A stretch of DNA of 64,000 bases from a virus (taxonomy: Duplodnaviria; Caudoviricetes). The translations under genes were made by a program, and so were the position numbers. The stretch is taken from IMG/VR virus record IMGVR_UViG_3300020577_009814, positions 1-64,000 of that record. One strand, written 5' to 3'. Below the pieces are notes generated by a model that was not told where the DNA came from, made no database searches, and worked only from the letters and a program-made list of their open reading frames with translations. Numbering within the stretch: the stretch's first letter is position 1; each line of letters opens with the position of its first letter. Positions 47,487 through 58,700 of this stretch are shown piece by piece.

Positions 47487-50400
47487 TATAGATTTCTTCT
47501 AAGAACATCTCTAGCAGTAATGCCTAAATCTTTTTGTCTTTTATCTTGAATAAAAGTATCTTGATTGGTTATTTCCATTTTCTGAGATACAGCATTGTAG
47601 GTTTCTCTGAGCAGGAATTCTTGTTGTTTTTTATCTTTGACAAAACCCTTAAAAGATATATTCAACATAAAGGGTGTAATTTCACCATACCAAATTCTCT
47701 GGCCACCTTCTGGATTACCTGGAATCTCTGAGTTTTTAGCTACACTATTTTTTAAATTATTAGATAATCTACCCTGCCGCAATTCAGGTTCTGCAGGATT
47801 GTGGGCAGCCATTAAGGCAGCTATTCCACCTAAAGCAGCCATTGGAGGCACCACTTTTGAAATAGCTTTCATCATAGCAGCAGTATGAATAGCCTCCCTC
47901 TCAGTACCTAAGAAAGTAGATGGGGCACTTTGGCCAGCTGCATTTACACCTCTATGCAACTGTTCTGGAATAACTTCTTTTCCAACAGCCTGGAATCCAG
48001 CTTTAGTAGCTTCAGTTACAGCCTCATGGGCATCTTTAATTCCAGTACCTTTCAAAATATTATTAAGAGTCTCAGGATAGTTACCCTTAAAAGGATTATC
48101 ATCAGCCCAGGTTTGCTCATGTAAAGTATCTACTAATCTATCTATTAGAGCTTTACCATCTGCAACATCTCTAGGCAACAGGCCTTTTGCCTCTAGCCCA
48201 TTAACATCGCTATAGATATTATTAGCCCAATGGATGGCTTTTCTAACTTCATGGGGAGTTAGTTGAGCCAGCATTTCAACATGTTGAAAGTTAGCTTGGG
48301 TTCGCATTGACTCTAAAACTTCTGGATCCTTCAGATGATTATAGATTAATTGCGTAGCTTCTTCTGGAGAGAAGTTTTTCATACCTCTAAGTGATTCAAT
48401 AAGTGGGCCTACTTCTCCACCGTTATCTTGAAGTCCAGTAATCAATGCATTTTTAAATAGATTTGACTTTTGAAGCATTCTTAGCCCTTCTGCAATCTCT
48501 TGATTGGGAGAAGTTTCATGAATGATTCCTTGCATTTCTGTTTTCCACAAATTTAAATCTTTTCCCAGCTTACGGTCATTAGAATGTTGCCGCATTAAGC
48601 CCATAAAGTTTTCATACTTAGCTTGTCCCATCTGACCATGAGCTTCTTGAAAACCAGCTAATAAAGCCCTATTAGCTGGACCTATATTATCTTCTTCTAG
48701 TACTGCATAAGTTGCAACTTCTCCAGCTAAAGTAGCTAATTGAACAGGCATCTTTACACCCATATCTGAATTTAGCTGAATACTTACTCTAGCCCGATCT
48801 CCAAATCCTACAGAAATTCTAGGAGCATCAAACTTATGGGCCCCTGTAAATCCAGCTTTCTCTAGAAGCATTTGATGGATAGCTGAATAGCCTAAAGTTA
48901 AGCTATTCATTCTAGCTATAGGATCTTTAGACTCATAAACTGTGCCCATCATTTTGCCAAAAACTGAATTAGCTACTTGGCTATATAAACCTTGTTGAAG
49001 ATCTCCTGCATATTGGCTATTTGTAGCCATAGTTTCAATCTCATGGGAGAACAAAGTTTTGAGTCTAGGTAAAGCTGGTCCATAAGTAATTTTAGGAGCT
49101 ATCTGGTCATCAAAAAGTTCTTCAGCTATTCTCTTTGCTTCAGCAGCCCTTACAAAAATATCTGTTTCAGAGCCTAATTGAGCTTCAATTTCATCAAAAT
49201 GTTGGATTGCCCGATGCCTAGCTCCAGCAATAAGATAGTGTCCAGAAGTACCTTCGGCTGCAAGTTCATAGCTTCCTGGAAGTTTTCCAGTTGCATCCCT
49301 AAATGTTTTAGTTAAAGGATTAAATTGTCGTACTTGACGGGCTTGTCTTTCATAAGTAGCACTATCAAATACTTCTTTATTAAAGCTATCATCTAAAGAT
49401 CTACCAGCCATAGCTCTTATAGTTCTAGGATCAGATTCAACTATTGAATGAGTTCCAGGAGTGTAGCCAATAGCTTTGCCTTCTGCGTCAAAGATAGGTG
49501 TTTGATGTTCAAATACAGCTCTAGTTATTATTCTCCCATCATCAAGGTGATCTGTAGAACCAACTAACCTTGAGACTCCTCCATAATGTGGACTCATACT
49601 ATAGTTATCATAAATATAGCCTGTACCATAATTAGTAGTTTGGAGGCCTTCAATATTAGCAGCAATGGCTGCTCTGTGTTGTTTTAAAATCTTAATTCCA
49701 AAGTTAACGTCATCTACAGCAGAGTGAGCACCTCTGGTTAGATAGCTTCCAGATTGAAGTGCTAAGTTATCAAGTGCAACTGAACCTTCTAATCCAGCAA
49801 CTTGAAGAAGCACAGTCTGATCTAAATAGTTCTGATCAGCAGCGTTGAGGATTTCAATAGTTTCAAACATATCAATTCCTCTATTCTGAAGATCTCTAGC
49901 TGTAGCCAACATGACTTCTAAGTCAACTCCAGTTTGACTCATGATAATTTTGCCCTTAATACTTTTAGCAAAGGATCTTAAAAATTCAGCCTGTTGTTGA
50001 GGTTCATAGTGACCTTTCTTAATAGCAGATACTATTTCTCCAGCACTAAAAGAACCGGTTACTTTTCTAGCACCTAATTCTGTAATAGTTCTAAAGCCTG
50101 TTTCTGCATTAGTAGTAAATTCTGTATCAAATGAGATTCCACCTTCCTTAAGAAATCTTTGAGCTAATTCAATTTGATGATCAACTCCACTATGAAAGTC
50201 TGTAGCAATTGGAACTTCTTTTCCAATAGATTTTAAATGTGCAAATGCAAGTTGCCCAGCCTCTTTACCTTTCTTGGCTGCAGATATATATTGTTCTTGA
50301 ACATCAACCCTCTTAACTAAAGTAGATTCTTGGGTTAGAGCCATTGAATCTATATTAGATTTATATCTAAAATCCACCGATGGGTGGGCCAAAATATCTT

Positions 50401-52309
50401 TTTCAATTACATAATCTTGAGGAGCAAAAGCTAACTTCTCATCTGCAAGATTATAAACCCCACCTTTATCAAACTTTTTAATAGTATTTGGATTAGAAGT
50501 TTGGAATACTTTCAAGGAGGCATACTCAGCCTGGAGACCTTCTCTAGAATATCCTCCAGCTTTTAAAGCTTCTTCAATTTCTTGAGCTGATCTTGCAATA
50601 AGTACTTTCTCATAATTATTTTCAAGATGGGCCATATAAAACTTTTGATTTCCAGATTTTAAAGGTTGAGTTGAGGTGTCAAGAAAAGTACTTCTACTAG
50701 TTTCAGTCTTATAAACTGCAAGGCCCCCAGAAGTAACTTTGCCTAGTCTTCCTGGAGTAGCAAAATCATCAAGCAGTCTTTTCATATGTTGAGACTCTAG
50801 GCCTTCAACATGGGCTTTAGTTTGAGCTAATACATCATCTAAATTTAAAATTGCTTTTCCAATTTGAGGATTTGATTGGAGTTCTTTTATTTTAGCATAG
50901 TCAGCTCCACGCATAGCTATATACTGATTTTCTTTACCCATCTTTTTGAGAAAAGACTTTCTCAAATCAGCATCTACTCTAGAAGAGACCTTTCTAACTC
51001 CCTTACCTGTTCCTAGAGAATATTCAACTTCATTAGTTCCTACCAATTCATCAAAAAAAGTAGTAGGGTCCATGACTATTAAATCTGAATCAAAGGCCCC
51101 TTTTTGGGCAGCTTGGTTAAAAGCAGTTAGATCTCTCTTAATACCCATTCGACCCCATGGCTGCTCAGTTTTAGCAGTCTGTTTGCTATAGGTATTTCTA
51201 GCCCAAGAGTAGATACTTTTATCATTATTTATGACTTTACTAATCCATCGGTGGACTGTAGGATCAGGATGATCAATTAAGTGATTAAACAATCCTCTAA
51301 GATTGCTATCAATTTTACCAGATTCATTTAATCTTTTAATACTTTTAATCATTCTTTGATTAAAAGAGGCTCTGGCAAAGGTTGCATTGGCTTTATTATC
51401 TCCAGTTCTAGCTACATCAAGTAATCCTGGCACGCCTGAAGTTGTTCCTAAAACCCGTTCAACCATTCTAGAAACTTCAGAGTCAGAAGTTCCAGGAGCT
51501 GAGGTTATCCCAGCTACAAAATCTTCCATGCCTCTATGTTCAATTTCTTTTTGGAACTTAATTGGATTCTTTATAATCCTATCAATTAACCTATTTTCTT
51601 GCCAAGTAGGATCAAAATCTTCACCTCTCTTTCCTATTTGTCTTTCTAGAAGTTTATAATCTTGACCTTGGTTACCTGTAAAAAGTCCTCTTAGTTCAGG
51701 GGCACCCATAGTGCCCATAGGTCCATTTCCCACACTACTTTTAGCCGCAGAAAATATCGCATTATGAAGCTCTTCAGCAAAAGTCTCTAAATGTTCAGGC
51801 TGATAAGATCCATCTGTATTCAATTCAGAAATAACTTCTAAAATAGTTTCTTTACTAGGAACAGCTGGCCCAGGTACGGTCAAGGCTTTAGCTATAGTCA
51901 TAACCTTTTCAGGCATAGTATCTTTAGTATTCCCAACTAAGTTAATAAGGTCTCTTAGAAGATTTGAAGTATTTGGTACATCTGATGTATCTGATACTAA
52001 TTCGTTTAAGATTTTTTTATTACCTTGTAAAGCTTCAGTAAGATTACTAATAACTTTATTAGAAACTTGTTCCGGAGTTAATTGATCATAATTATTTTTA
52101 ATATGTAAAAATTCTTGCTCAAATTGAACTAAAGATTCAATATGGAATTGAGACAGTTTTTGAGTGTACAGGTTAATCATAAAAGCTGTAACACCCAAGC
52201 CTTCAGCTAGAGTAATAACTGACTGAAGAATGTAGTCAGCTCTGGATTTATTTTCTCTGAAGGTGGATCCAATATGATTTGAAAGCCCTCCGAGATGATG
52301 AATAGCCAT
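47486..52309 (-). CDS. large helical virion/ejection-type protein with DEDDh 3'-5' exonuclease-like domain
   Basis: SFDTE (Exo I), VDLE/LDQ (Exo II region), AHSAVDD (Exo III); hydrophobic segments near both ends. Confidence 0.6.
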   Translation of the reverse strand: MAIHHLGGLSNHIGSTFRENKSRADYILQSVITLAEGLGVTAFMINLYTQKLSQFHIESLVQFEQEFLHIKNNYDQLTPEQVSNKVISNLTEALQGNKKILNELVSDTSDVPNTSNLLRDLINLVGNTKDTMPEKVMTIAKALTVPGPAVPSKETILEVISELNTDGSYQPEHLETFAEELHNAIFSAAKSSVGNGPMGTMGAPELRGLFTGNQGQDYKLLERQIGKRGEDFDPTWQENRLIDRIIKNPIKFQKEIEHRGMEDFVAGITSAPGTSDSEVSRMVERVLGTTSGVPGLLDVARTGDNKANATFARASFNQRMIKSIKRLNESGKIDSNLRGLFNHLIDHPDPTVHRWISKVINNDKSIYSWARNTYSKQTAKTEQPWGRMGIKRDLTAFNQAAQKGAFDSDLIVMDPTTFFDELVGTNEVEYSLGTGKGVRKVSSRVDADLRKSFLKKMGKENQYIAMRGADYAKIKELQSNPQIGKAILNLDDVLAQTKAHVEGLESQHMKRLLDDFATPGRLGKVTSGGLAVYKTETSRSTFLDTSTQPLKSGNQKFYMAHLENNYEKVLIARSAQEIEEALKAGGYSREGLQAEYASLKVFQTSNPNTIKKFDKGGVYNLADEKLAFAPQDYVIEKDILAHPSVDFRYKSNIDSMALTQESTLVKRVDVQEQYISAAKKGKEAGQLAFAHLKSIGKEVPIATDFHSGVDHQIELAQRFLKEGGISFDTEFTTNAETGFRTITELGARKVTGSFSAGEIVSAIKKGHYEPQQQAEFLRSFAKSIKGKIIMSQTGVDLEVMLATARDLQNRGIDMFETIEILNAADQNYLDQTVLLQVAGLEGSVALDNLALQSGSYLTRGAHSAVDDVNFGIKILKQHRAAIAANIEGLQTTNYGTGYIYDNYSMSPHYGGVSRLVGSTDHLDDGRIITRAVFEHQTPIFDAEGKAIGYTPGTHSIVESDPRTIRAMAGRSLDDSFNKEVFDSATYERQARQVRQFNPLTKTFRDATGKLPGSYELAAEGTSGHYLIAGARHRAIQHFDEIEAQLGSETDIFVRAAEAKRIAEELFDDQIAPKITYGPALPRLKTLFSHEIETMATNSQYAGDLQQGLYSQVANSVFGKMMGTVYESKDPIARMNSLTLGYSAIHQMLLEKAGFTGAHKFDAPRISVGFGDRARVSIQLNSDMGVKMPVQLATLAGEVATYAVLEEDNIGPANRALLAGFQEAHGQMGQAKYENFMGLMRQHSNDRKLGKDLNLWKTEMQGIIHETSPNQEIAEGLRMLQKSNLFKNALITGLQDNGGEVGPLIESLRGMKNFSPEEATQLIYNHLKDPEVLESMRTQANFQHVEMLAQLTPHEVRKAIHWANNIYSDVNGLEAKGLLPRDVADGKALIDRLVDTLHEQTWADDNPFKGNYPETLNNILKGTGIKDAHEAVTEATKAGFQAVGKEVIPEQLHRGVNAAGQSAPSTFLGTEREAIHTAAMMKAISKVVPPMAALGGIAALMAAHNPAEPELRQGRLSNNLKNSVAKNSEIPGNPEGGQRIWYGEITPFMLNISFKGFVKDKKQQEFLLRETYNAVSQKMEITNQDTFIQDKRQKDLGITARDVLRRNL

Positions 52310-52342
52310 ATTTTAGATGTACTCAAGTAGAGTCAATAAACT

Positions 52343-52367
52343 AAAAAGCCCCTACATTTGTAGGGGC
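52343..52367 (-). terminator. Rho-independent terminator
   Basis: Minus strand GCCCCTACAAATGTAGGGGC followed by TTTTT, just downstream of 52394..52702. Confidence 0.85.
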
Positions 52368-52393
52368 CCAGTTAACTAACTAACAAACAAAAT

Positions 52394-52702
52394 TTATGCT
52401 TCAGGCTCAGTCGGTAGAGCTTCTCTAACTGAGTCTTGCTTTTTAACAAAATCTCGAACTCTTTCAATAGCTGCCTTTTCTCTGAGCTCTGCAATCTTTG
52501 CAGCTTTTCTACCTTTATTTCTAGTAGGAGCAGAATACCCTCCATTAGTAGCTAAAATAAAAGTCATCTTCATTTTATCAAGATTCTTAAGTTGCTTTTC
52601 ATAGAATTCTTGATCAATCAATTTCTTTTCTAGCTGATCTTTTAAAGCTTCCAGATCTTTTGTAAGATCAATCATACCTCGATTAATATTGCCGTACTTC
52701 AT
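52394..52702 (-). CDS. small basic coiled-coil hypothetical protein
   Basis: AAGG immediately upstream of ATG, followed by a terminator. Confidence 0.65.
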   Translation of the reverse strand: MKYGNINRGMIDLTKDLEALKDQLEKKLIDQEFYEKQLKNLDKMKMTFILATNGGYSAPTRNKGRKAAKIAELREKAAIERVRDFVKKQDSVREALPTEPEA

Positions 52703-52741
52703 CCTTATCTATCTATCTATACTCTCTTTTAGAAATAAATA

Positions 52742-55700
52742 TTACATACTTCTTCTAATTTTTTCCATTAATTGAGGAGTTTGGTCCTCAAATAAATCCA
52801 TATCAACATTTACACTGCTATAATCACTAGGTGTAAAGGAAGCTTCAGCTGTTACTCCATGTAAACCTCCATCTCTAATGATACTTTGAATTCTAGCATT
52901 AACCCAAGCATAGGTTGGATGATCCATTCTTGGAATTGGAACATCTCCAGTGTAAGCTCTAGCCTTTTCAATTCTAGATCTGGTAGGCCTTTCTATAATT
53001 AATTCCTCATTAGCTGCAGCTCGAGCCTTAAGATCTTCATCATTTGTTCTTGCATTCCAGCCTTGCCAATTAGAATCAGGTAAATAGTGTTGTTTAAAAT
53101 AAGCTGTTAAATTTGGTTTATTAGGTACTTCATCTGCATTTAAGAATTTACCTAAAACTCTCTTCTCCGAATCCGGAAGCATGTTATAAAACTTTCTCTT
53201 CTCTGACAGAGAGCCAGTATTAATTATTTCTTCCGCAATCTGTTGATGTCTTCCTGGAATTACAGAAAGAGCACTCTGTAGGCTACCAGTGTTCTCATCG
53301 TAGCCGTACATGGTATTTCTTGCCTTCCTGTTGGCCCATACAGCCATTGTGCCCCAAGGTCCCAGTGCAACAGCCTCTCGGTCATCAGAGCTCTCCAGTG
53401 CATCAATATCCGTACCTTCTTCTTTCTTAGCTTTATGCTTAGCAGCTTCAGCAATGGTACTATATTTTACAAATTCTAGAGTGTCCCAGTACTCATCAAA
53501 TTCAGTTTGCTTATTGTACCTAGACGGAGTCCAAGTCTTACCTGTAAATAAATCAAAAGCTTTAGCAGCTAATGAAGCAGTTAGGCCAACTATAGCTCCT
53601 GTACCAGAGCCAACCAATTTGCCTTTAGTAGTTCCAAAGAATAGGGAAGCTATAAAAGCAGTCTGCAGAGAGGCAGTAATTGGATTTTTATGGGCCATTG
53701 AGCTTATTGTCGGCTCAATAATAGTTCCAATTGGATCATTCCAATCTGCATGATCAATTCCATAAACTTCTCCTCTTTCAAATTGTTCCAGGGGTGAACG
53801 TACTCTGAGGAACTTATTTGAGATTATATTATCACTATGTAAAAGCTTCTCAGCCATCTTGCCCATAAAAGAATCTCCATAGAGAACTTTATAGGCTAGG
53901 GGATTTTTAGCATCAAGATCTGGATGACCTATTCCAGCTTTAATTAGTTTTCTATTCGCATTTCCAATTATAACATCTGTAGAAGTATCAGCCATTGTGT
54001 CTGGATTAAATTGACCTTCTACAAAGGTCATATTAGTCATTCTTCCTGGAACAATTCCATATTTAGCTAATACCGACTCAGGGTCCTCATTAATAAAGGC
54101 TTGTTTGTCAAACTTAACTCCAGCAAGTTTAACCGTACCCATCTCAGTTATGATCTCTCCATTGGGTCCAATATCTTCAATAAATAGACTTTGGGACTCA
54201 GTAGGAACCCCATATCTATATGGATAGGTCCTAGAAGTTTGGCTTAGTCTCTTAGCTCTTCTTTTGGCTTCTTCAAATCTATCTTTTTCAAATCCACCAA
54301 ATCCTCCAGATTCTTCTGCAAATTGAACAGCTTTTCGATACTCAGGTGAGCCAGGTGCAACCTTAGAAAGAATATCAATCCTAGTTAAGAGATCATAAGT
54401 TTCATATGGAGAAATAGTTCCTTTTTCTACCATTTGATTGACAGCAGCTCTAGCCCGATCAATTCGATCTGTAATTCCTCTCCATCTTGCTGGATCAAAA
54501 GCATAGTTTTCTACTCTGATCTGAGAAGGGTCATCTCTGTTAACAAATACTAAGTGACCCTGTTTAATCCCAGTAATAGCCATGTATGCTGTAATTTGAT
54601 CAATATATTTTTCAGGAGTAGTTCCCCAAGATTTAGAGCCTTGGGTTTTAATATCTAAAAGCTCATAGCCATTAGGACCTCTGGTGATAGCATCAATTGT
54701 ACCTGAGATATTATGTTCTTCATCATAAACTGAAGTTTCAGCTCCAACTAGAATACCATACTTACTCATTTGCCTTTGGATATTAAGGTGGACTGTTGAG
54801 TTGCCGGTATAGAAAACTTTTCCTTTTCTTCTAGCACACCAAGTTGCATTTTTAACGGTTGGGCACCACACTGTGCCTTTATAAAATTTTTTAGTAACTT
54901 TTTCTCTAATTCTTCTAAAGCCTAACAGTTCTCTATCTGGAAAGGATAGTATGTATTCTTTAGCAATTCGCTCATTGTCTTTATATCTATAAATCCATTC
55001 ACTTTCATATCTATTAATGCTTTTACCTAATAATAAACAGGCTAGCTCAATAGCTTTTAATCTATTAGGATCTGATTGGCCGATTGTGTAAGATCGCTTC
55101 CCATCAGCTTTAATTGATGTTTCAATAAAAATATTAAGTTGAGCCTCAGTTAGGCTATAAATAAAATCTAGTGAAATAATTTTATTGGGAGCTAACTCAA
55201 TAATACTTTTTGATGCATGTACATTTAATCTGAATGTTGCTTTTTCCAGGTCTTGATCATATTCTGCCCACATTGCAAGTTTATTAGGATTAGCAATTTT
55301 CATATTTGGTGTTTGTGGTCCAAATAAATTTTCTAATATAGCTCTAATTTCTTCAACATACGGCATGTTAACTTTTTTAGATTGGCATATTGAGATCAAT
55401 CCATTTTGTGTTGCGCCCTCTGTCCAATACCAAGCCAATAGTTTTACAAAGTCATCTGAGTACGTTTCCATAGTAGGAAAATCAGAATATTTTGCACTTA
55501 GTATAATATGATTTAAAGCAGACGTAAGTTTATCTGATGTGGTCCATTCTCGTTCCCACCTTTCAGGGAAGCTCTCTCCAAGATTATTTGTCCTTTTTTG
55601 GTACTGCTTTATTACAGGCCATTTATGATTTGGAGTAGTTAAAGAAGAATGATATTGAGTCTCAATAGAGATAAGATCTCTTCCACCAACCCAATATTTA

Positions 55701-58700
55701 TTAATATACTCAATAGGATGCCATTCAGTAAGGCCGGTCTCATGGTTTAAAGTTAAAATTAAATCTCCTTCTTTAAATTGACCTAAAACTTTCCAACCTT
55801 CTTTAGTGAGAATTTCTGTTTCAGTATCTACACATCCAAATGCTACAATATCATCTGCATCGGCTCCATCCAAAGGCTCCATTGGGTTGAGCCATTTTCT
55901 AATAAGCTCTTCTTCAGAGTAGCCTACTGAAGAACCTCTTACCCTAAGATTTTTAACCCAAGGATTGGCTCTTTCATATGCTGGCCCAGGTAAGTTTAAT
56001 TCCCCAATTCCAGGGGTTCTAAGGTATGGGTTACCTGTAGCAAACTTATCACCCATCCAGCCAGGCATGTTATTAGTTAATTGACTTGGAGCATCTAAAG
56101 CTTGATTGTCTGCTCCTACAAATCTCCTAAAGAATTCCCCAATATTTAAGGTACCTAATTCACCATAGTCTCCAAGGAACATTGTTCTCCTGAAGGAATG
56201 GCCTGCATTAGGATCTTGATTGTTAAAGTGATTACCATCTCCAGGATATCCAGGAAGTCTAGAAATAGCAGCCCCATATAAGCCGCTCATTCTTTTTAGG
56301 GCTCTAATTGGAGCTTTTACAAAAGCCAGTGGGTCAAAGCCATTTGCATCAATATAGCCTCTATTGTAGCCAATTGAAATAGCATCTCCACCACCTCCAC
56401 CAATTAGGTGTTCTCCAGGAATATGAACTCCTGCTGGTCCCCCAACTCCTCTGCCTCCACCCCCACCTTGAGAGCCAGTTCCACCATGCAAAGATTCATA
56501 AGAACCAAATTGCATGTTATCTCCACCCCCACCTAGGGAAGTAGGTAAGCCAAATCCAAATTCTCCAATTGAAGTATATCCTCCAGCTCCCCCTGAGTTA
56601 ATTGTAAGGGAGTTAGGATTGTCTATCAATCTTCTTTTTGATTTTGCATTTTGATTATAAGGTGATTCAGGGTCCCAAGAATCAGATAGATCATCATCCA
56701 TCCAATGAGACTTCCATCTTCTATAGAATGAAGGTCTTACATATTTAATTCTTCCACCAGTAGCTGGTGATCTTGAACCAAAGAACCAAAGTCTGCCTTC
56801 TCTAACTTCTTCTTCACCATAATAAAGATGATCTCTATACTCATCTTCTGATCTAGGTGAGAAGTATTGATCTAATCCAGGAATTCTATTAACCAAAGAT
56901 TGATTAAATTCAGTCATCCCAGCAAGATCTTTTAATCTTGCTCCTAGTAGATTTACATTAGCAAATAGATTTGCACCAAGATCATCAATTCCATTTAAGC
57001 CAGCTGCATGAAGTCCATGGTTTAGGCCTCGGTAAGCATAATGAGCTCCTACTATTGGTAGAATTCTCTTGCCATAGAAACTTGCAACAGTTCTTAAAGT
57101 AGTAACTCTATCTTGAGCTGTTAATCCCAAGCCTACTTTCTCAGCTATCTCTTGCGGCATTGAAGCAAGAATCTGAATGGTGCTAGCTAAGGGTCCTAAA
57201 GGTCTAGAAGGATCAATTAAACTACTAAAGAATTCTTTAGCTCCAAATCCATCTAAAGCAGTGTGGGCAAAAGTACCTAAAGGATCATTAATAAAATCTT
57301 GAAGGCCTGGGCCTGTACTTAAAGTAGCATGCCAAGAGGAAGAATTTAATGGATCCATAGCTTCCATTTCTGGAGTCCAAGGATGGCCAAATCTAAATCT
57401 ATCTTGAAGAACTCCAGTTAAATGGGCATCATTAGCCATTTGAGCTAACAAAGCATTTTTTCTAGAGGTATTAATGTCTAAAGAATCAACAGCTAGAGCA
57501 TATTGCTCGGTAATTTTAGCTCTACCAAAAACATCTGTTTTTGCTATTCCAAGAAGTCTTTTTTGTTCATTAAGAGCAATGGCTAACTCACCCATTTTTC
57601 TTTCATGAATAACATCCTTAGTAGTTATCACCCCGCCTATTTCAGAGGATTCTTGGTGGACAACACTATGAATCATATCAACTATCTCACTAGTTTGATA
57701 GCCAGTTCTAGACCCTATGCCAAGTTTCTTACCTAATTCAGTGCCTTTCAACAAAGATATTAGATTGTCTTCTTTACCATCTCCAGTAATAGCTCCTCTA
57801 GCTGCTAGTAAAAGTTTTTCTAAAGGTTCTTTACCGCCAAGATCATCAATAGATGTTTGAGCTAAGTATTCACCTAGCAAACCTTTTTGGAAATTCCCCA
57901 TGGCTTTTCCAATATTGGATTTTCCAAACCATTTATTCTTGAATACTGCAGCAGCCCCACCTTCTTTTCCAGAGACTCCATAGAGTAGTCCAACATCATC
58001 ACTAACAGATGTAAATGCCCTAAAGAGATGAGGTTGGAGTTTTCTATTCATCCCGCCAAACAATTCACTATCAATTAAAGCATGATCTGGAATTTTACCA
58101 TCTTTAAGAGCTTCTCCAATTAAATCATGGATAGCTGGCAAATGCCCTGCTTGAAGGTACTCTGCAAAAGCTTCTGGATCCTCGCTTAATTTAAGCAACG
58201 GGTTAAGCCATTTTCCTCTAGCAGAACTCATATTAAGAGTTTTTAAGAAACCCATTGAGTTAGGTGCTGAGGCTGCTTGATGAATTATATGCTGTAAAGC
58301 ATGCCCAAGTAAAGCTGGGTTAGCTGATTCTCCTTCTGCAAGGTTTGCCCAATTGTTGTCTTTTAAGAGATAGGCTAATAGCTGACCAGGAGGAAGTTTT
58401 TCTACATCCACTTTTCCTAGGTTGGAGCCATAAAGTCTATTTAAAAATGGTTTAGCTGCTTTAGTTGAGTTAATACCAAAGGAACTTTGATGAGGATTAT
58501 ATACAACTTCCCCAAGGCTATCAATATTATTATAAGCTAAAGTATCAAACCAAGCATGCCCTGCATTAGGTTTGAAGTGCATTGCATCATCTAAAGTGTA
58601 CTCGGCAGTTGAGCTTCTAACATCTCTAAGTCTTCTAGCTGCACCTGAAGAATGAATACCTTTAGTTCTTGTTGCTGATACTCGGTACTTATTGGAGTGA

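Noticed and set aside
52310-52336. Sigma70 promoter TTGACT...TAAAAT upstream of the 1607-aa gene
   Set aside because: Spacer is only 15 bp and the -10-like hexamer abuts the ATG, leaving no room for a start site.
54440-54799. Cas4 / CRISPR-associated gene
   Set aside because: Nuclease motifs are present but the four Fe-S cysteines are not, and there is no array or other cas gene; called generic PD-(D/E)xK.
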